Assembly (NCBI GenBank): GCA_002699105.1
Contig: PABJ01000026.1
Coordinates: forward strand, 1 to 51,095
Length of the DNA stretch: 51,095 bases
DNA from: Ectothiorhodospiraceae bacterium
GTDB lineage: Bacteria > Bacteroidota > Ignavibacteria > SZUA-365 > GCA-2699105
Direction: 5' to 3'
Below the pieces are notes generated by a model. The model was given only the letters and a program-made list of their open reading frames with translations, was not told the origin of the DNA and did not search any database. Positions 6,623 through 14,964 of this stretch are shown in pieces (positions within the stretch are counted from its first letter, which is position 1; each line of letters begins with the position of its first letter). The position numbers and the translations under genes were made by a program.

Positions 6623-8647
6623 ATGGTAGTCGAACGCCAGAGGAGTAGCTATTTCATGAACAAGTACATCTTAGCTTGTCAAAAAGAGCATGAAGCTTTT
6701 TTACAACGGTGGCCCATAGATGAGGTCCATCGACTGACATTGAAGGACTACGTAGATGTGGGCAATCCAGATACGTTCTGCCAGTGGGTCGAGAGTAAGA
6801 CAAAGTCACTGGGTGGAATACGCGGTGCATTCTCCCGTAAGTTTGGGATCTGGAAGAGGGCAGACACATCGAAACAGATACCAAACTTCAATAATGACGT
6901 TGAGTATACATGGATACCTGAATTTGGTGAAACTCGGGATGAAGCGTTTGAGAATGTGAAATCAGAGGTTCTACAGATAATCGAAGCCGCGAGGGATAAA
7001 GATTATTCTACAATAGATGGCTTTACACTGGATAATATATTCAAGTGGAAAGTGGCATATCTCTACTCCGATGACAGATTAGTGCCGATATATTCAACCA
7101 ACGTACTTCAACAAATCGCTAAGCATTATGGTAGTACGAGAACCGGTGATGTACCTATTTCAGAGATTCAAGCAATGATGATGGAAAGAAAACCATCTGC
7201 TGTGAATATCCATGAATATGCAGCAAAGTTAGTCAGTCAATTTGGTGACTCTCGAGAATCAAATATGACTGAACCCCAGCGTCCATATTGGTTTGTCGGT
7301 GCGGCCATCGGGGGGAATGACGACAAGAGCGAGGAGTTTGTTGAAAAAGGAATATGGTTGACAGACAATACGTCGATTGGTGAAAAGGTCAACATGATCA
7401 AAGCAGGAGATCGAATCGCTATTAAATCTGTCTACGTCAAGAAGCACGACCTTCCCTTCGACAATCAAGGACTTCCAGTTTCCACTATGGCTATTAAAGC
7501 AATCGGAACTGTCCTGAAGAATCACCAAGATGGAAGAAGTCTGGATGTGGATTGGACGCCGGTAGTGCCTCTTCGGGAGTGGTACTTCTTTACTTTCTTC
7601 AAGACGATCTGGAAGGTAAAACCAGGAAAGCCAGCTGCGAATAAACTAATTGAGTTCACGTTTGATGACAAAGAACAAGATTATGACTGGTTCCTGAACG
7701 AACCATATTGGAAAGGGCGGTATTCAAGCACCGAAGAATCAGAAACTGAAGGCGAAGCAGAGGAGTATACCGTTGAGTCTATTGTGGAAGAAGGTTGTTT
7801 CCTTTCAGAGGATAGGTTGAACGATATTCTCGACAGGTTGCAGTCGAAGAAGAACATCATACTTCAGGGACCTCCGGGGACAGGAAAAACATGGCTGGCA
7901 AAACGCATAGGATACGCTTTGATCGGAGAAGTCGATGAGAGTAGGATATTCGCAGTTCAATTCCATCCAAATCTTTCGTATGAGGACTTTGTTCGTGGTT
8001 ATAGGCCTTCGGGAGATGGCCGTTTGTCAATCGTAGATGGCCCGTTACTAAACCTTGCAAAGCTAGCACAAGACGACCCGGAGAATGACTATGTGCTGGT
8101 GATTGAGGAAATAAACCGAGGGAATCCGGCTCAAATATTTGGAGAGATGTTGACACTACTTGAGGCAGATAAACGGATAGAGTCAGAAGCACTGTCGCTC
8201 TGCTATAGTACTGCAGATACCGAACGGGTTTATATTCCGAACAATCTCTACGTAATTGGAACAATGAATATCGCTGACAGATCTATCGCTTTGGTTGATT
8301 TGGCTTTACGGCGAAGGTTCGCTTTTATTACACTTGAACCTGAGTTCGGTGATGTTTGGCGCGCGTGGCTGGTCGATGAATTTGGACTGGAGAATAGCAC
8401 AGTGTTGGAGATTGGGAACCGATTGGTTTCCTTGAACGATATGATAGGACAAGATCCGAATCTTGGGCCACAGTTCAAAATTGGTCATAGTTACTTCACC
8501 CCTGGTATAAGTGATGAAGTTGGTGATACACTTGCATGGTACGAATCAATCGTAGAGACCGAGATAGTTCCTCTGTTGCAAGAGTATTGGTTCGACAATG
8601 CCGGAGAAGTGAAGAAGGCCCGAAATAACTTGCTGACCAATTTATAG
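6623..8647 (+). CDS. mcrB: McrB-like AAA+ GTPase subunit of a type IV (modification-dependent) restriction system, with ~400-aa N-terminal extension
   Basis: Motifs present are Walker A GPPGTGKTW (nt 7868-7891), FHPNLSYEDFVRGYRP, Walker B LVIEEINRGN, and the McrB signature GTMNIADRSIALVDLALRRRF. The start is ATG 6623 or ATG 6656; the latter is better placed behind GGAG. The stop lies 2 nt before the next start. Confidence 0.85.
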   Translation: MVVERQRSSYFMNKYILACQKEHEAFLQRWPIDEVHRLTLKDYVDVGNPDTFCQWVESKTKSLGGIRGAFSRKFGIWKRADTSKQIPNFNNDVEYTWIPEFGETRDEAFENVKSEVLQIIEAARDKDYSTIDGFTLDNIFKWKVAYLYSDDRLVPIYSTNVLQQIAKHYGSTRTGDVPISEIQAMMMERKPSAVNIHEYAAKLVSQFGDSRESNMTEPQRPYWFVGAAIGGNDDKSEEFVEKGIWLTDNTSIGEKVNMIKAGDRIAIKSVYVKKHDLPFDNQGLPVSTMAIKAIGTVLKNHQDGRSLDVDWTPVVPLREWYFFTFFKTIWKVKPGKPAANKLIEFTFDDKEQDYDWFLNEPYWKGRYSSTEESETEGEAEEYTVESIVEEGCFLSEDRLNDILDRLQSKKNIILQGPPGTGKTWLAKRIGYALIGEVDESRIFAVQFHPNLSYEDFVRGYRPSGDGRLSIVDGPLLNLAKLAQDDPENDYVLVIEEINRGNPAQIFGEMLTLLEADKRIESEALSLCYSTADTERVYIPNNLYVIGTMNIADRSIALVDLALRRRFAFITLEPEFGDVWRAWLVDEFGLENSTVLEIGNRLVSLNDMIGQDPNLGPQFKIGHSYFTPGISDEVGDTLAWYESIVETEIVPLLQEYWFDNAGEVKKARNNLLTNL

Positions 8648-8649
8648 CT

Positions 8650-9777
8650 ATGGATGAAGCTTCAACAAACGTTGTGAGCAAGGGACCTGTTGGCTTTGTC
8701 GGACGGATTCCAGTAAGAAATCTTTGGCTTTTGATGCTCTATGCTTCAAATCTTGTGCGGTATCTCAAGGATAATCGTCACTCAGTGGAGGAGTCGCCTG
8801 ACGAGTTACCTGATCTGATTGCAGAGCTACTGAGTGCCGCTGTCCATCGTAGATTGAGGCGAAATCTTACATTGGGCTACAGACAGAGTCGCACCATACT
8901 TTCCAGAATTCGTGGTAGAGTTGATATACTAGGGACGGAGAGGAAGCTACTGCTCGCGCGTGGAAGACTGGAGTGTGTGTTTGATGAACTCGTGTATGAT
9001 ACCCCAAGAAACAGGTATATTCTGGCTGCACTATTGAAATTGTCCGGTAATGTACAGTCTACTCAACTCGGAGGGAGATGTCGTACACTCGCCACCATTA
9101 TGAGACGTATGGGTGTTAGTAGTGAAAAGCCATCACGAGAACATCTATCGTTGAATCAATATGGAAGACATGATGCTGAGGATAGAAGGCTCATGGAGCT
9201 CTCGGCTTTGGCATTTGAGCTTGCTCTGCCAACTGAAGAGGCTGGTTTCCGAGACTTACCCTCACCGTTAAAGGAGAAAGAATATGTGCAGAAGCTATAC
9301 GAAAAGGCGGTAGCTGGATTTTACCGGAACTACCTACTGCACACCCAGTGGAATGTTATGGCGGGCAGGACTTTTGGTTGGAATTGGACAGAAAGAAGTC
9401 AGGGGATCGAAAAAATACTACCCATTATGAAGACCGATATAGAGATTATCAACCCAAGCTCTCAACAGCATATTATTATCGACACAAAATTCACAGAGAT
9501 CGTAGAGAAGGGGCGCTTTAATGAGGCACGGTTGAAGAGTAAGCATATATATCAGATATATGCGTATATTCGTTCTAAAGAGCTGCAAGGTGATCCTATG
9601 TCCATGAATTCAACTGGTATACTTCTATATCCCTCGATAGGAACGACGATTGATGAGTCGGTAGTTATTCAAGGTCATAGATTTCGCTATGCTACGCTAG
9701 ACTTGGCAGCTTCCCCTGTATCAATACGCCAGCAATTGATAACTCTGTTCGATACCTCTACTCCACCTTCCCCTTAA
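8650..9777 (+). CDS. mcrC: McrC-like nuclease subunit
   Basis: 375 aa, with an ATG 2 nt after the mcrB stop. The C-terminal core is PD-(D/E)xK-like: MKTDIEI...HIIIDTKF...IYQIYAY. GC is as low as in mcrB. Confidence 0.75.
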   Translation: MDEASTNVVSKGPVGFVGRIPVRNLWLLMLYASNLVRYLKDNRHSVEESPDELPDLIAELLSAAVHRRLRRNLTLGYRQSRTILSRIRGRVDILGTERKLLLARGRLECVFDELVYDTPRNRYILAALLKLSGNVQSTQLGGRCRTLATIMRRMGVSSEKPSREHLSLNQYGRHDAEDRRLMELSALAFELALPTEEAGFRDLPSPLKEKEYVQKLYEKAVAGFYRNYLLHTQWNVMAGRTFGWNWTERSQGIEKILPIMKTDIEIINPSSQQHIIIDTKFTEIVEKGRFNEARLKSKHIYQIYAYIRSKELQGDPMSMNSTGILLYPSIGTTIDESVVIQGHRFRYATLDLAASPVSIRQQLITLFDTSTPPSP

Positions 9778-10351
9778 TCTCCCCGTACCCGCAGGGCTCT
9801 ATGCCGATGGCTTTGAGGCGGGACAGCCCGATGGACTTGGAATCGCTGCAGTGCTGATCGATAAGTGGGGTAGGTACGACGTAGAAATCCCATTGATCGA
9901 GATTGAGGGGATCGATTGTCGACTGGTCTTTGTGCTTCAGGTGACAAAACACATAGAAATCCGAGTGACGAGCTATCTGATCTCTCCATTCGTTGGTATC
10001 ATCGTCCCAATAGTACGTCTTAGGTATTCCAAAAATGATTGCAGAATACTTCCGCTGCGGCCAGGTCTGAATATAGGCGGAGGATTTCACTTCGATCTTT
10101 TTGCCATCTTTCGTCTCGAGGTCGTACGGCGCCCATTTATAACGGACTGCATCGTCCATGTCGATACCCAATGCGCACGCAACGATGTATTCGGCGAGTA
10201 TTCCGCGCTGTGCATTGCCCACCAGCGTCGATCCGGACCAGCGCCAGAAATCAAGAACGGTGTGTGGGGTGGCATTGCCGCCACTGATCAGCTCTTCCTC
10301 GCCGGTGAGGCGAACAGGTTCGATAGCAGGGTAGATGAAGGCCTTATCCAT
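9758..10351 (-). CDS. PD-(D/E)xK (restriction-endonuclease-like) superfamily protein, function unknown
   Basis: 197 aa. A helix RGILAEYIVACALG is followed by YDLETKDGKKIEVKSS, which fits a D ... E-x-K arrangement. GC is low, about 43% on one sample line, like mcrBC. The gene is convergent with mcrC and their 3' ends overlap by 20 nt. Confidence 0.55.
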   Translation of the reverse strand: MDKAFIYPAIEPVRLTGEEELISGGNATPHTVLDFWRWSGSTLVGNAQRGILAEYIVACALGIDMDDAVRYKWAPYDLETKDGKKIEVKSSAYIQTWPQRKYSAIIFGIPKTYYWDDDTNEWRDQIARHSDFYVFCHLKHKDQSTIDPLNLDQWDFYVVPTPLIDQHCSDSKSIGLSRLKAIGIEPCGYGEIKGKVE

Positions 10352-10562
10352 AAGTGTACCCGGTGATGATGGATCAGGGTAAGGATACGAATCCCCGGGA
10401 ATAAACTCAATGCCCGGCTGTGTTGGCTTGGACCGCGGTTAATGCCAGTAGGTTTGTGCCCACCCGGATTCGCTGCAAAACTTTGTTTCAGCGAATCCAC
10501 CCTCCCAACCCTTCGGCTTCGCTCAGGGCAGGCGGGAGGGTATGCCTGTAAATCCATATCTC

Positions 10563-11012
10563 CTAGAACGGCACCTTCACACGGCTTTTCAATCCGATCT
10601 GCTGCAGGCGGATGCGGAGTACGGGCAGGGTGACCTTGTACCAGTCGGCGAGCACGGTAAGCGAGGCACGGCGCAGATCGGCAAGGATCCACTCGTGCGG
10701 CATGAGCAGGCAAGCGCTGAACGTATTGCAGCTCAGTTCGTGGTAGTCCGGCGGCAGGATGTAGTGCCCCAGCTCGTGCCCGAGATAGAACCGCCTCCGC
10801 TGCTCGGACATCGGGCGGATGTAGATGGTCTTTGTCAGCCGGTCGAACAGCGCCGGGGCCAGCTTCAGCGGGCGCTCGACGATCTCGATACCGTAATTCG
10901 CGATGATGCGCTCTATCGCGACCGGCCTGCGCGTGATTCCGTGCTGGCGCAGCAGTCCCTCCGTAAGCCTGCACGCCTTCATGTACCCTGATCGCACAGG
11001 ATGATACTGCAT
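10563..11012 (-). CDS. ImmA/IrrE-family (COG2856-like) zinc metallopeptidase
   Basis: 149 aa. An HEXXH motif sits in the context FYLGHELGHYILPP and is followed by FSACLLMP. An RBS GGAGGAG lies upstream. GC is high, about 67% on one sample line, unlike the adjacent McrBC block. Confidence 0.7.
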   Translation of the reverse strand: MQYHPVRSGYMKACRLTEGLLRQHGITRRPVAIERIIANYGIEIVERPLKLAPALFDRLTKTIYIRPMSEQRRRFYLGHELGHYILPPDYHELSCNTFSACLLMPHEWILADLRRASLTVLADWYKVTLPVLRIRLQQIGLKSRVKVPF

Positions 11013-11056
11013 TCTCTTTCTCCTCCCAGAAGTTAGCGAAATGTCTAACTAAAAAA

Positions 11057-11120
11057 CGAAATTTCCCCGATACATGCAAGCGGAAAATTCTCAGAACCAC
11101 CGCACTGCGGAAAATTCCCC
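11057..11120 (-). promoter_or_regulatory. Three direct repeats (GGAAAATTC-type) upstream of the ImmA gene
   Basis: CGAAATTTCCCC is at 11057-11068, GCGGAAAATTCTC at 11080-11092 and GCGGAAAATTCCCC at 11107-11120. They are spaced about 25-27 bp apart and lie 45-108 bp upstream of the ImmA start. Each has GGAA..TTCC dyad character. Confidence 0.4.
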
Positions 11121-11324
11121 TAAATCGTTGGAAATGAACAAGTTTAGCGGACTCGGTGAAACAAAATGCCCGGTTTGCGCGTTATTAATGGGGACAGCGT
11201 TGTGACCTTTTTGCCGCTTGCGCTGTCATATAGACAACGCCCCGGTTGCATGTCGGGGAGGCGACACAGAACAGAGGTTCGCCATCCAAATTGCATTTTC
11301 GGCCAAGGTACATATACTATAGTA

Positions 11325-11354
11325 TTGACTTGTATCCCGGTTAAGACGTATACT
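11325..11354 (+). promoter_or_regulatory. Sigma-70-like promoter candidate
   Basis: TTGACT (11325-11330), an 18-nt spacer, then TATACT (11349-11354). The site is about 48 nt upstream of the ATG at 11402. Confidence 0.4.
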
Positions 11355-11401
11355 TAGGTTACGATCGAATATTCTATCACTCCGCTCAGAACGGAACGCG
11401 T

Positions 11402-12139
11402 ATGAAACATATACAGATACAGCTTCTCACAGTTTTTGGAATCCTCGTCCTGGCAGCGACAGCTTCTGCGCAGGTCTTCACCGTGAGCGCGAACAGCGCC
11501 GAAAAGCAAGGGGACGTCGATTCGTTCCTCGAGCCGTACGTCATGGTGACGAACAACACCGCGGATTACCTGAACCTGAAAATCACCGTCACGAACCACA
11601 CGCTTCCGGAAGGCTGGACGATCTCGATGTGCCTCGTGAACTGCTTCGCTCCCGGCGTGCTCGATGCAACCGATCAGATGCCGCCGAGCAGCACACATCC
11701 GTTGAAGTTTATCGTGACCACAGGCTCCGAGCCGGCAAGCGGTACGATTACGGTTTCGCTCTCCGATCCTTCCGATCCATTCGGCGGGGAGACGATCGTC
11801 TTCCATGTCTCGACGACGACAACCGGACTCGACGAAATCAGCGTAGCGCGCGCATTGACGCTTGCACAAAACTATCCGAACCCGTTTTCGCTCAGCGAAC
11901 GCAACAGCACGGCGATCTCCTACAGCATCCCGAAGAACGCCCGCGCATCGCTGAAGATCTACAACCTGCTCGGTAAAGAAGTACGGACGCTGTTCCAAGA
12001 GAACAGACTCTCCGGGCTTTATACCACGATCTGGGACGGCCGCAATCAGAGCGGTAACCTGGTTCCGCCGGGCATCTACGTCTACAAGCTGACGGCAGGC
12101 AACCAAACGCAGACCCGCCGCATGCTGCTGACGCGCTAA
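11402..12139 (+). CDS. Secreted protein with T9SS C-terminal sorting domain
   Basis: 245 aa with signal peptide MKHIQIQLLTVFGILVLAATASAQ. The C-terminus LAQNYPNPFS...SLKIYNLLGKEVRTL...GIYVYKLTAGNQTQTRRMLLTR is a classic Por_Secre_tail pattern. Confidence 0.8.
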   Translation: MKHIQIQLLTVFGILVLAATASAQVFTVSANSAEKQGDVDSFLEPYVMVTNNTADYLNLKITVTNHTLPEGWTISMCLVNCFAPGVLDATDQMPPSSTHPLKFIVTTGSEPASGTITVSLSDPSDPFGGETIVFHVSTTTTGLDEISVARALTLAQNYPNPFSLSERNSTAISYSIPKNARASLKIYNLLGKEVRTLFQENRLSGLYTTIWDGRNQSGNLVPPGIYVYKLTAGNQTQTRRMLLTR

Positions 12140-12165
12140 AGCGCACGTTTCATACGCAAGAATGT

Positions 12166-12198
12166 AGGGCAGTCATTTTTGACTGCCCTCTTTTGTTT
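12166..12198 (+). terminator. Intrinsic terminator
   Basis: AGGGCAGTC attttt GACTGCCCT is a 9-bp stem followed by CTTTTGTTTG. Confidence 0.8.
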
Positions 12199-12221
12199 GA
12201 AAGCTGTATCTTGCGTGCTGG

Positions 12222-12671
12222 ATGAACGATGTACGATATGAATTCGATATGAACAGCAGACGACTTCTCACACTTCTGACCTATATCGCCCTGGGAATCG
12301 GGGCCAGCGGATGCTCGACGCTCCTCCGCATGCCGGAGCCTCCGGCTGGCGCTGCGGCGTACCGCCCCGGCACGGCAGGTCCGCAGCCCGCAGGCATATT
12401 GCTGACGACGCACAGCGGCTCGCGGCTGCACTTCCGCGACGGCTGGTCGCTGACATGGTCGGGCGTTGCCGGTTCGGCGGATCTTCTCGATGACGGCGCC
12501 CCCGGCGCGTATACGGATACGACGATTTCCTACTACGAGGTGAAACAGACCACCGGCACCGGACGGCACAATACCATGCGCCAGTTCCTGCTCACCATCC
12601 TGGGCGTGATCCTCATCATCGGCCTTGCGGCCATTATTTTGTATGCAGCGTTTATTGCCACCGACAGGTAG
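12222..12671 (+). CDS. Putative lipoprotein with C-terminal transmembrane helix
   Basis: 149 aa. The likely start is the internal MNSRRLLTLLTYIALGIGASGC (ATG 12249), which carries a lipobox ASGC. The C-terminus QFLLTILGVILIIGLAAIILYAAFIA is hydrophobic. Confidence 0.55.
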   Translation: MNDVRYEFDMNSRRLLTLLTYIALGIGASGCSTLLRMPEPPAGAAAYRPGTAGPQPAGILLTTHSGSRLHFRDGWSLTWSGVAGSADLLDDGAPGAYTDTTISYYEVKQTTGTGRHNTMRQFLLTILGVILIIGLAAIILYAAFIATDR

Positions 12672-13647
12672 CGCCCTCCGGATTGCCCGCCTCACCGTCC
12701 TTCTCGCCGCGGTCTTTCTTTCGGGCTGCGGGGTCACGAGCTTCTACGTCCCGGTTCAGCGCCCGATGGAGATCAACCTTACCCGCATGCAGCGCATCGG
12801 CGTTGCGGTAGCCATCGTCAATCGCGACTCTGTCAACGTGCAGTTTTCCGAAGAAGCGCTCACCGGGCTCTACACCGATCTGTTCCGCAAGGATGGACGC
12901 CACACCTGGGTGCCCGTTCTTCCCTACGATGCCAACCCGCTGTTCGAAATCCTCTCGCAGGATTCGCTGCGCAAGGGCGACCTGAGCGCGCTCCGCGAGA
13001 AATACGAGCTCGACGGGCTGATAGCAGGGGAGGTAGATCTCATGCGCTACACCGAAGAGGTGGTCGCAGCCGAGGTGAAGCAAAGCGATAATCCCGATGC
13101 GAAGAAATACGTGCGAATGGGACTCATGGAGATGTCGATTTTCCTGCGGGTGTACGACATGGCCGATGAGGCATTCATCTGGTCGGGCGGCGCGTACCAT
13201 AATGTGCGCGATGAGAAGCGTTCGCTGCTGCCCGTGCCGCCCTCGCTGAATGTGGACGGAATGCTCCGGGAGACGGCCGCATATCTTGTCGATGAGTTCC
13301 TCGAACTCACCCGCGTGATTACCGAGCGGCGCATCGTTACCTTCCTCACCGACGGCGAGTTTCCGGAAATCAAGCACGGGATCGAAAAAGCGAAAGCAGG
13401 GGAGTGGAACGAAGCCGCGGCGCTCTTCAAGAAACTGGCCGAGGAAAACCCGCTTGCCGAAGAGGCCGATAAGCTCTGGTATAATCTGGGCGTGGCGTAT
13501 CAGTTCGGGGGAGATTTCCGCAGTGCGATAGAAAGCTACGAACGTGCACAGGCGATAGAAAACAGCAAACGCTACGAATACGCCATCGAAGACTGTCTCA
13601 AAATGGAGCAGGAATACCTCCAGCTCATCGAATTGAACAGGGAATAA
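12625..13647 (+). CDS. Lipoprotein with C-terminal TPR-like repeats
   Basis: 340 aa with lipobox LLAAVFLSGC. The C-terminus WNEAAALFKKLAEENP...WYNLGVAYQFGGDFRSAIESYERA is TPR-like. The exact start is uncertain because it overlaps the previous ORF. Confidence 0.6.
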   Translation: MRPLFCMQRLLPPTGSALRIARLTVLLAAVFLSGCGVTSFYVPVQRPMEINLTRMQRIGVAVAIVNRDSVNVQFSEEALTGLYTDLFRKDGRHTWVPVLPYDANPLFEILSQDSLRKGDLSALREKYELDGLIAGEVDLMRYTEEVVAAEVKQSDNPDAKKYVRMGLMEMSIFLRVYDMADEAFIWSGGAYHNVRDEKRSLLPVPPSLNVDGMLRETAAYLVDEFLELTRVITERRIVTFLTDGEFPEIKHGIEKAKAGEWNEAAALFKKLAEENPLAEEADKLWYNLGVAYQFGGDFRSAIESYERAQAIENSKRYEYAIEDCLKMEQEYLQLIELNRE

Positions 13648-14084
13648 GAAGCTTGTCTTAGAACTGGACACTCGAATCCCACACGTCCATGCGCTGTGTT
13701 TACAGAAAAGTGCTCACTAGTAGGCTCATTTTGGCGGATTTTCGAGGCGAATTGGGGCGATTTCAGCGCAATGTCGACGTTCGGACAAATCGGTATCGCC
13801 TCGTGGCACGCGAATTGCGCGATTCCGGGCAGGTGATCGGCGTTCATGGAGGGCTTTCCGGAAGATCGGCGGCGTCTGCCTCGTGAAGCGGCAATTCAAT
13901 GCCATCGAATGCTCGCATGGTCATTGCGCAGATCACTCGCGTCGAGCGGTAGGTGGAACCCGGAAGGGGAATACCATTGTATTTTATATATGATACCGTG
14001 AGCAGCCGCTGTATGGCGGTGAACGCCCGGTAGCGGCCCAGAGAAGAAATCAGTTTACGTTTTATTAGAGTAGTAGAGGCATCA

Positions 14085-14621
14085 ATGTCCACCAAAGCAC
14101 TGCTATGTGCTCTTGCGTTTTTACCCTTGTTCGCAGCAGGGGCGCAGAATGTGGTAACCACGAAGATGGAAGGGTTGACCCATTACGAGCATAAGTTCAA
14201 GGATATCCACGAGCTTGGTACGGTCTCCGATCCGTATCCCCAGGTCCAGGTGTATTGCCGCAGCGGCAACCAGGGTATCATGATCATGAAGCTTATCGTC
14301 ACGCTCCGTAACGAGCAGCCCTGTTGTTCAGAGATCGATATCCCGCGCCTGTTAATGGACGGGAAGGTGTACCAGAGCACCGCTGTGACCTACGAGGAGT
14401 TCCCGCTGAATGAAGGCGTGCTGGAGACGTTCGAGTTTTACCTCTCGAATCCATTCCTCGATAAGCTCGTCAGCAGTGCCGACGTCGTGATCGAAATCAA
14501 GGATATGCAGTTCAACTACCCGATGGCGCTCCGCCAGGACTACAACGATATTATCGGCGCGGCAACGCCGCAGGAAGCCGGCACCACTGATGGTACCGAC
14601 GCGACCTACCAGGTGAAATAA
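14085..14621 (+). CDS. Secreted hypothetical protein
   Basis: 178 aa with signal peptide MSTKALLCALAFLPLFAAGAQN. I recognise no family. A strong terminator follows. Confidence 0.6.
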   Translation: MSTKALLCALAFLPLFAAGAQNVVTTKMEGLTHYEHKFKDIHELGTVSDPYPQVQVYCRSGNQGIMIMKLIVTLRNEQPCCSEIDIPRLLMDGKVYQSTAVTYEEFPLNEGVLETFEFYLSNPFLDKLVSSADVVIEIKDMQFNYPMALRQDYNDIIGAATPQEAGTTDGTDATYQVK

Positions 14622-14645
14622 CCTCCGCACAGAACGCGTTTCCCC

Positions 14646-14678
14646 AAACGGCATCCCATCGGGATGCCGTTTGCTGTT
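14646..14678 (+). terminator. Intrinsic terminator
   Basis: AAACGGCATCCC atc GGGATGCCGTTT is a 12-bp stem followed by GCTGTT. Confidence 0.8.
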
Positions 14679-14783
14679 AGGCCACGCCCGCCTACCACCC
14701 GCGGGGCGTGCCTGCAACACGCCCCGGCGCATCTGCGACCCCTCTTGAGTCGAGTGACGTCGCAGACGGCACTCGGCGGACAA

Positions 14784-14830
14784 GGGGGGTGACTCGCCGC
14801 ATACCTTCTTCAGCGGCGAGTCGGGGGAAT
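14784..14830 (+). repeat. Hairpin module H1, copy 2 (compensated stem)
   Basis: The sequence is GGGGGGT GACTCGCCGC ataccttcttca GCGGCGAGTC GGGGGAAT. The architecture matches 7-52, but the stem has TT>CC on one arm and AA>GG on the other. Confidence 0.8.
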
Positions 14831-14836
14831 TCTTCT

Positions 14837-14887
14837 CTGCACAGCCGTTTCGAGGATGCAGGAACTTCAGAGGTTCGAGGTGAAGCC
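14837..14887 (+). repeat. Module E, direct copy
   Basis: ctgcacagccgtttcGAGGATGCAGGAACTTCAGAGGTTCGAGGTGAAGCC is nearly identical to 18975-19025. Confidence 0.8.
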
Positions 14888-14964
14888 ACGCACAGCCCCG
14901 GGCGGCCGGAGGCCGCAACACGCGGAGCGTGTGTATTTACCGGCATCCTGTCGATATTGTCAAT

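Noticed and set aside
10288-11100. 270-aa minus-strand ORF spanning the ImmA gene and the adjacent repeat spacer.
   Set aside because: It is in a different frame from the motif-bearing ImmA ORF. It runs through repeat modules, giving peptides like ACPERSRRVGR, and has an Arg/Ala/Pro-rich composition.
11134-11205. 23-codon ORF MNKFSGLGETKCPVCALLMGTAL, divergent from the ImmA gene, considered as a possible missing partner.
   Set aside because: It is too short for an HTH domain, has no RBS and shows no recognisable motif beyond a single CPVC.
13940-14040. CCCGGAAGGGG followed 35 nt later by GAGCAGCC, reminiscent of the SRP RNA domain IV GGAA tetraloop and AGCA motif.
   Set aside because: The spacing and the 3' strand do not fit the conserved symmetric loop, because AGCAGC should follow the tetraloop stem directly. 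No long closing helix is evident.
13648-14084. 437-bp spacer without annotation between the TPR lipoprotein and the 14085 gene.
   Set aside because: I looked for ORFs, known RNA motifs and the window's repeat modules and could support none. It may be a promoter region or a decayed gene, but I cannot say which.
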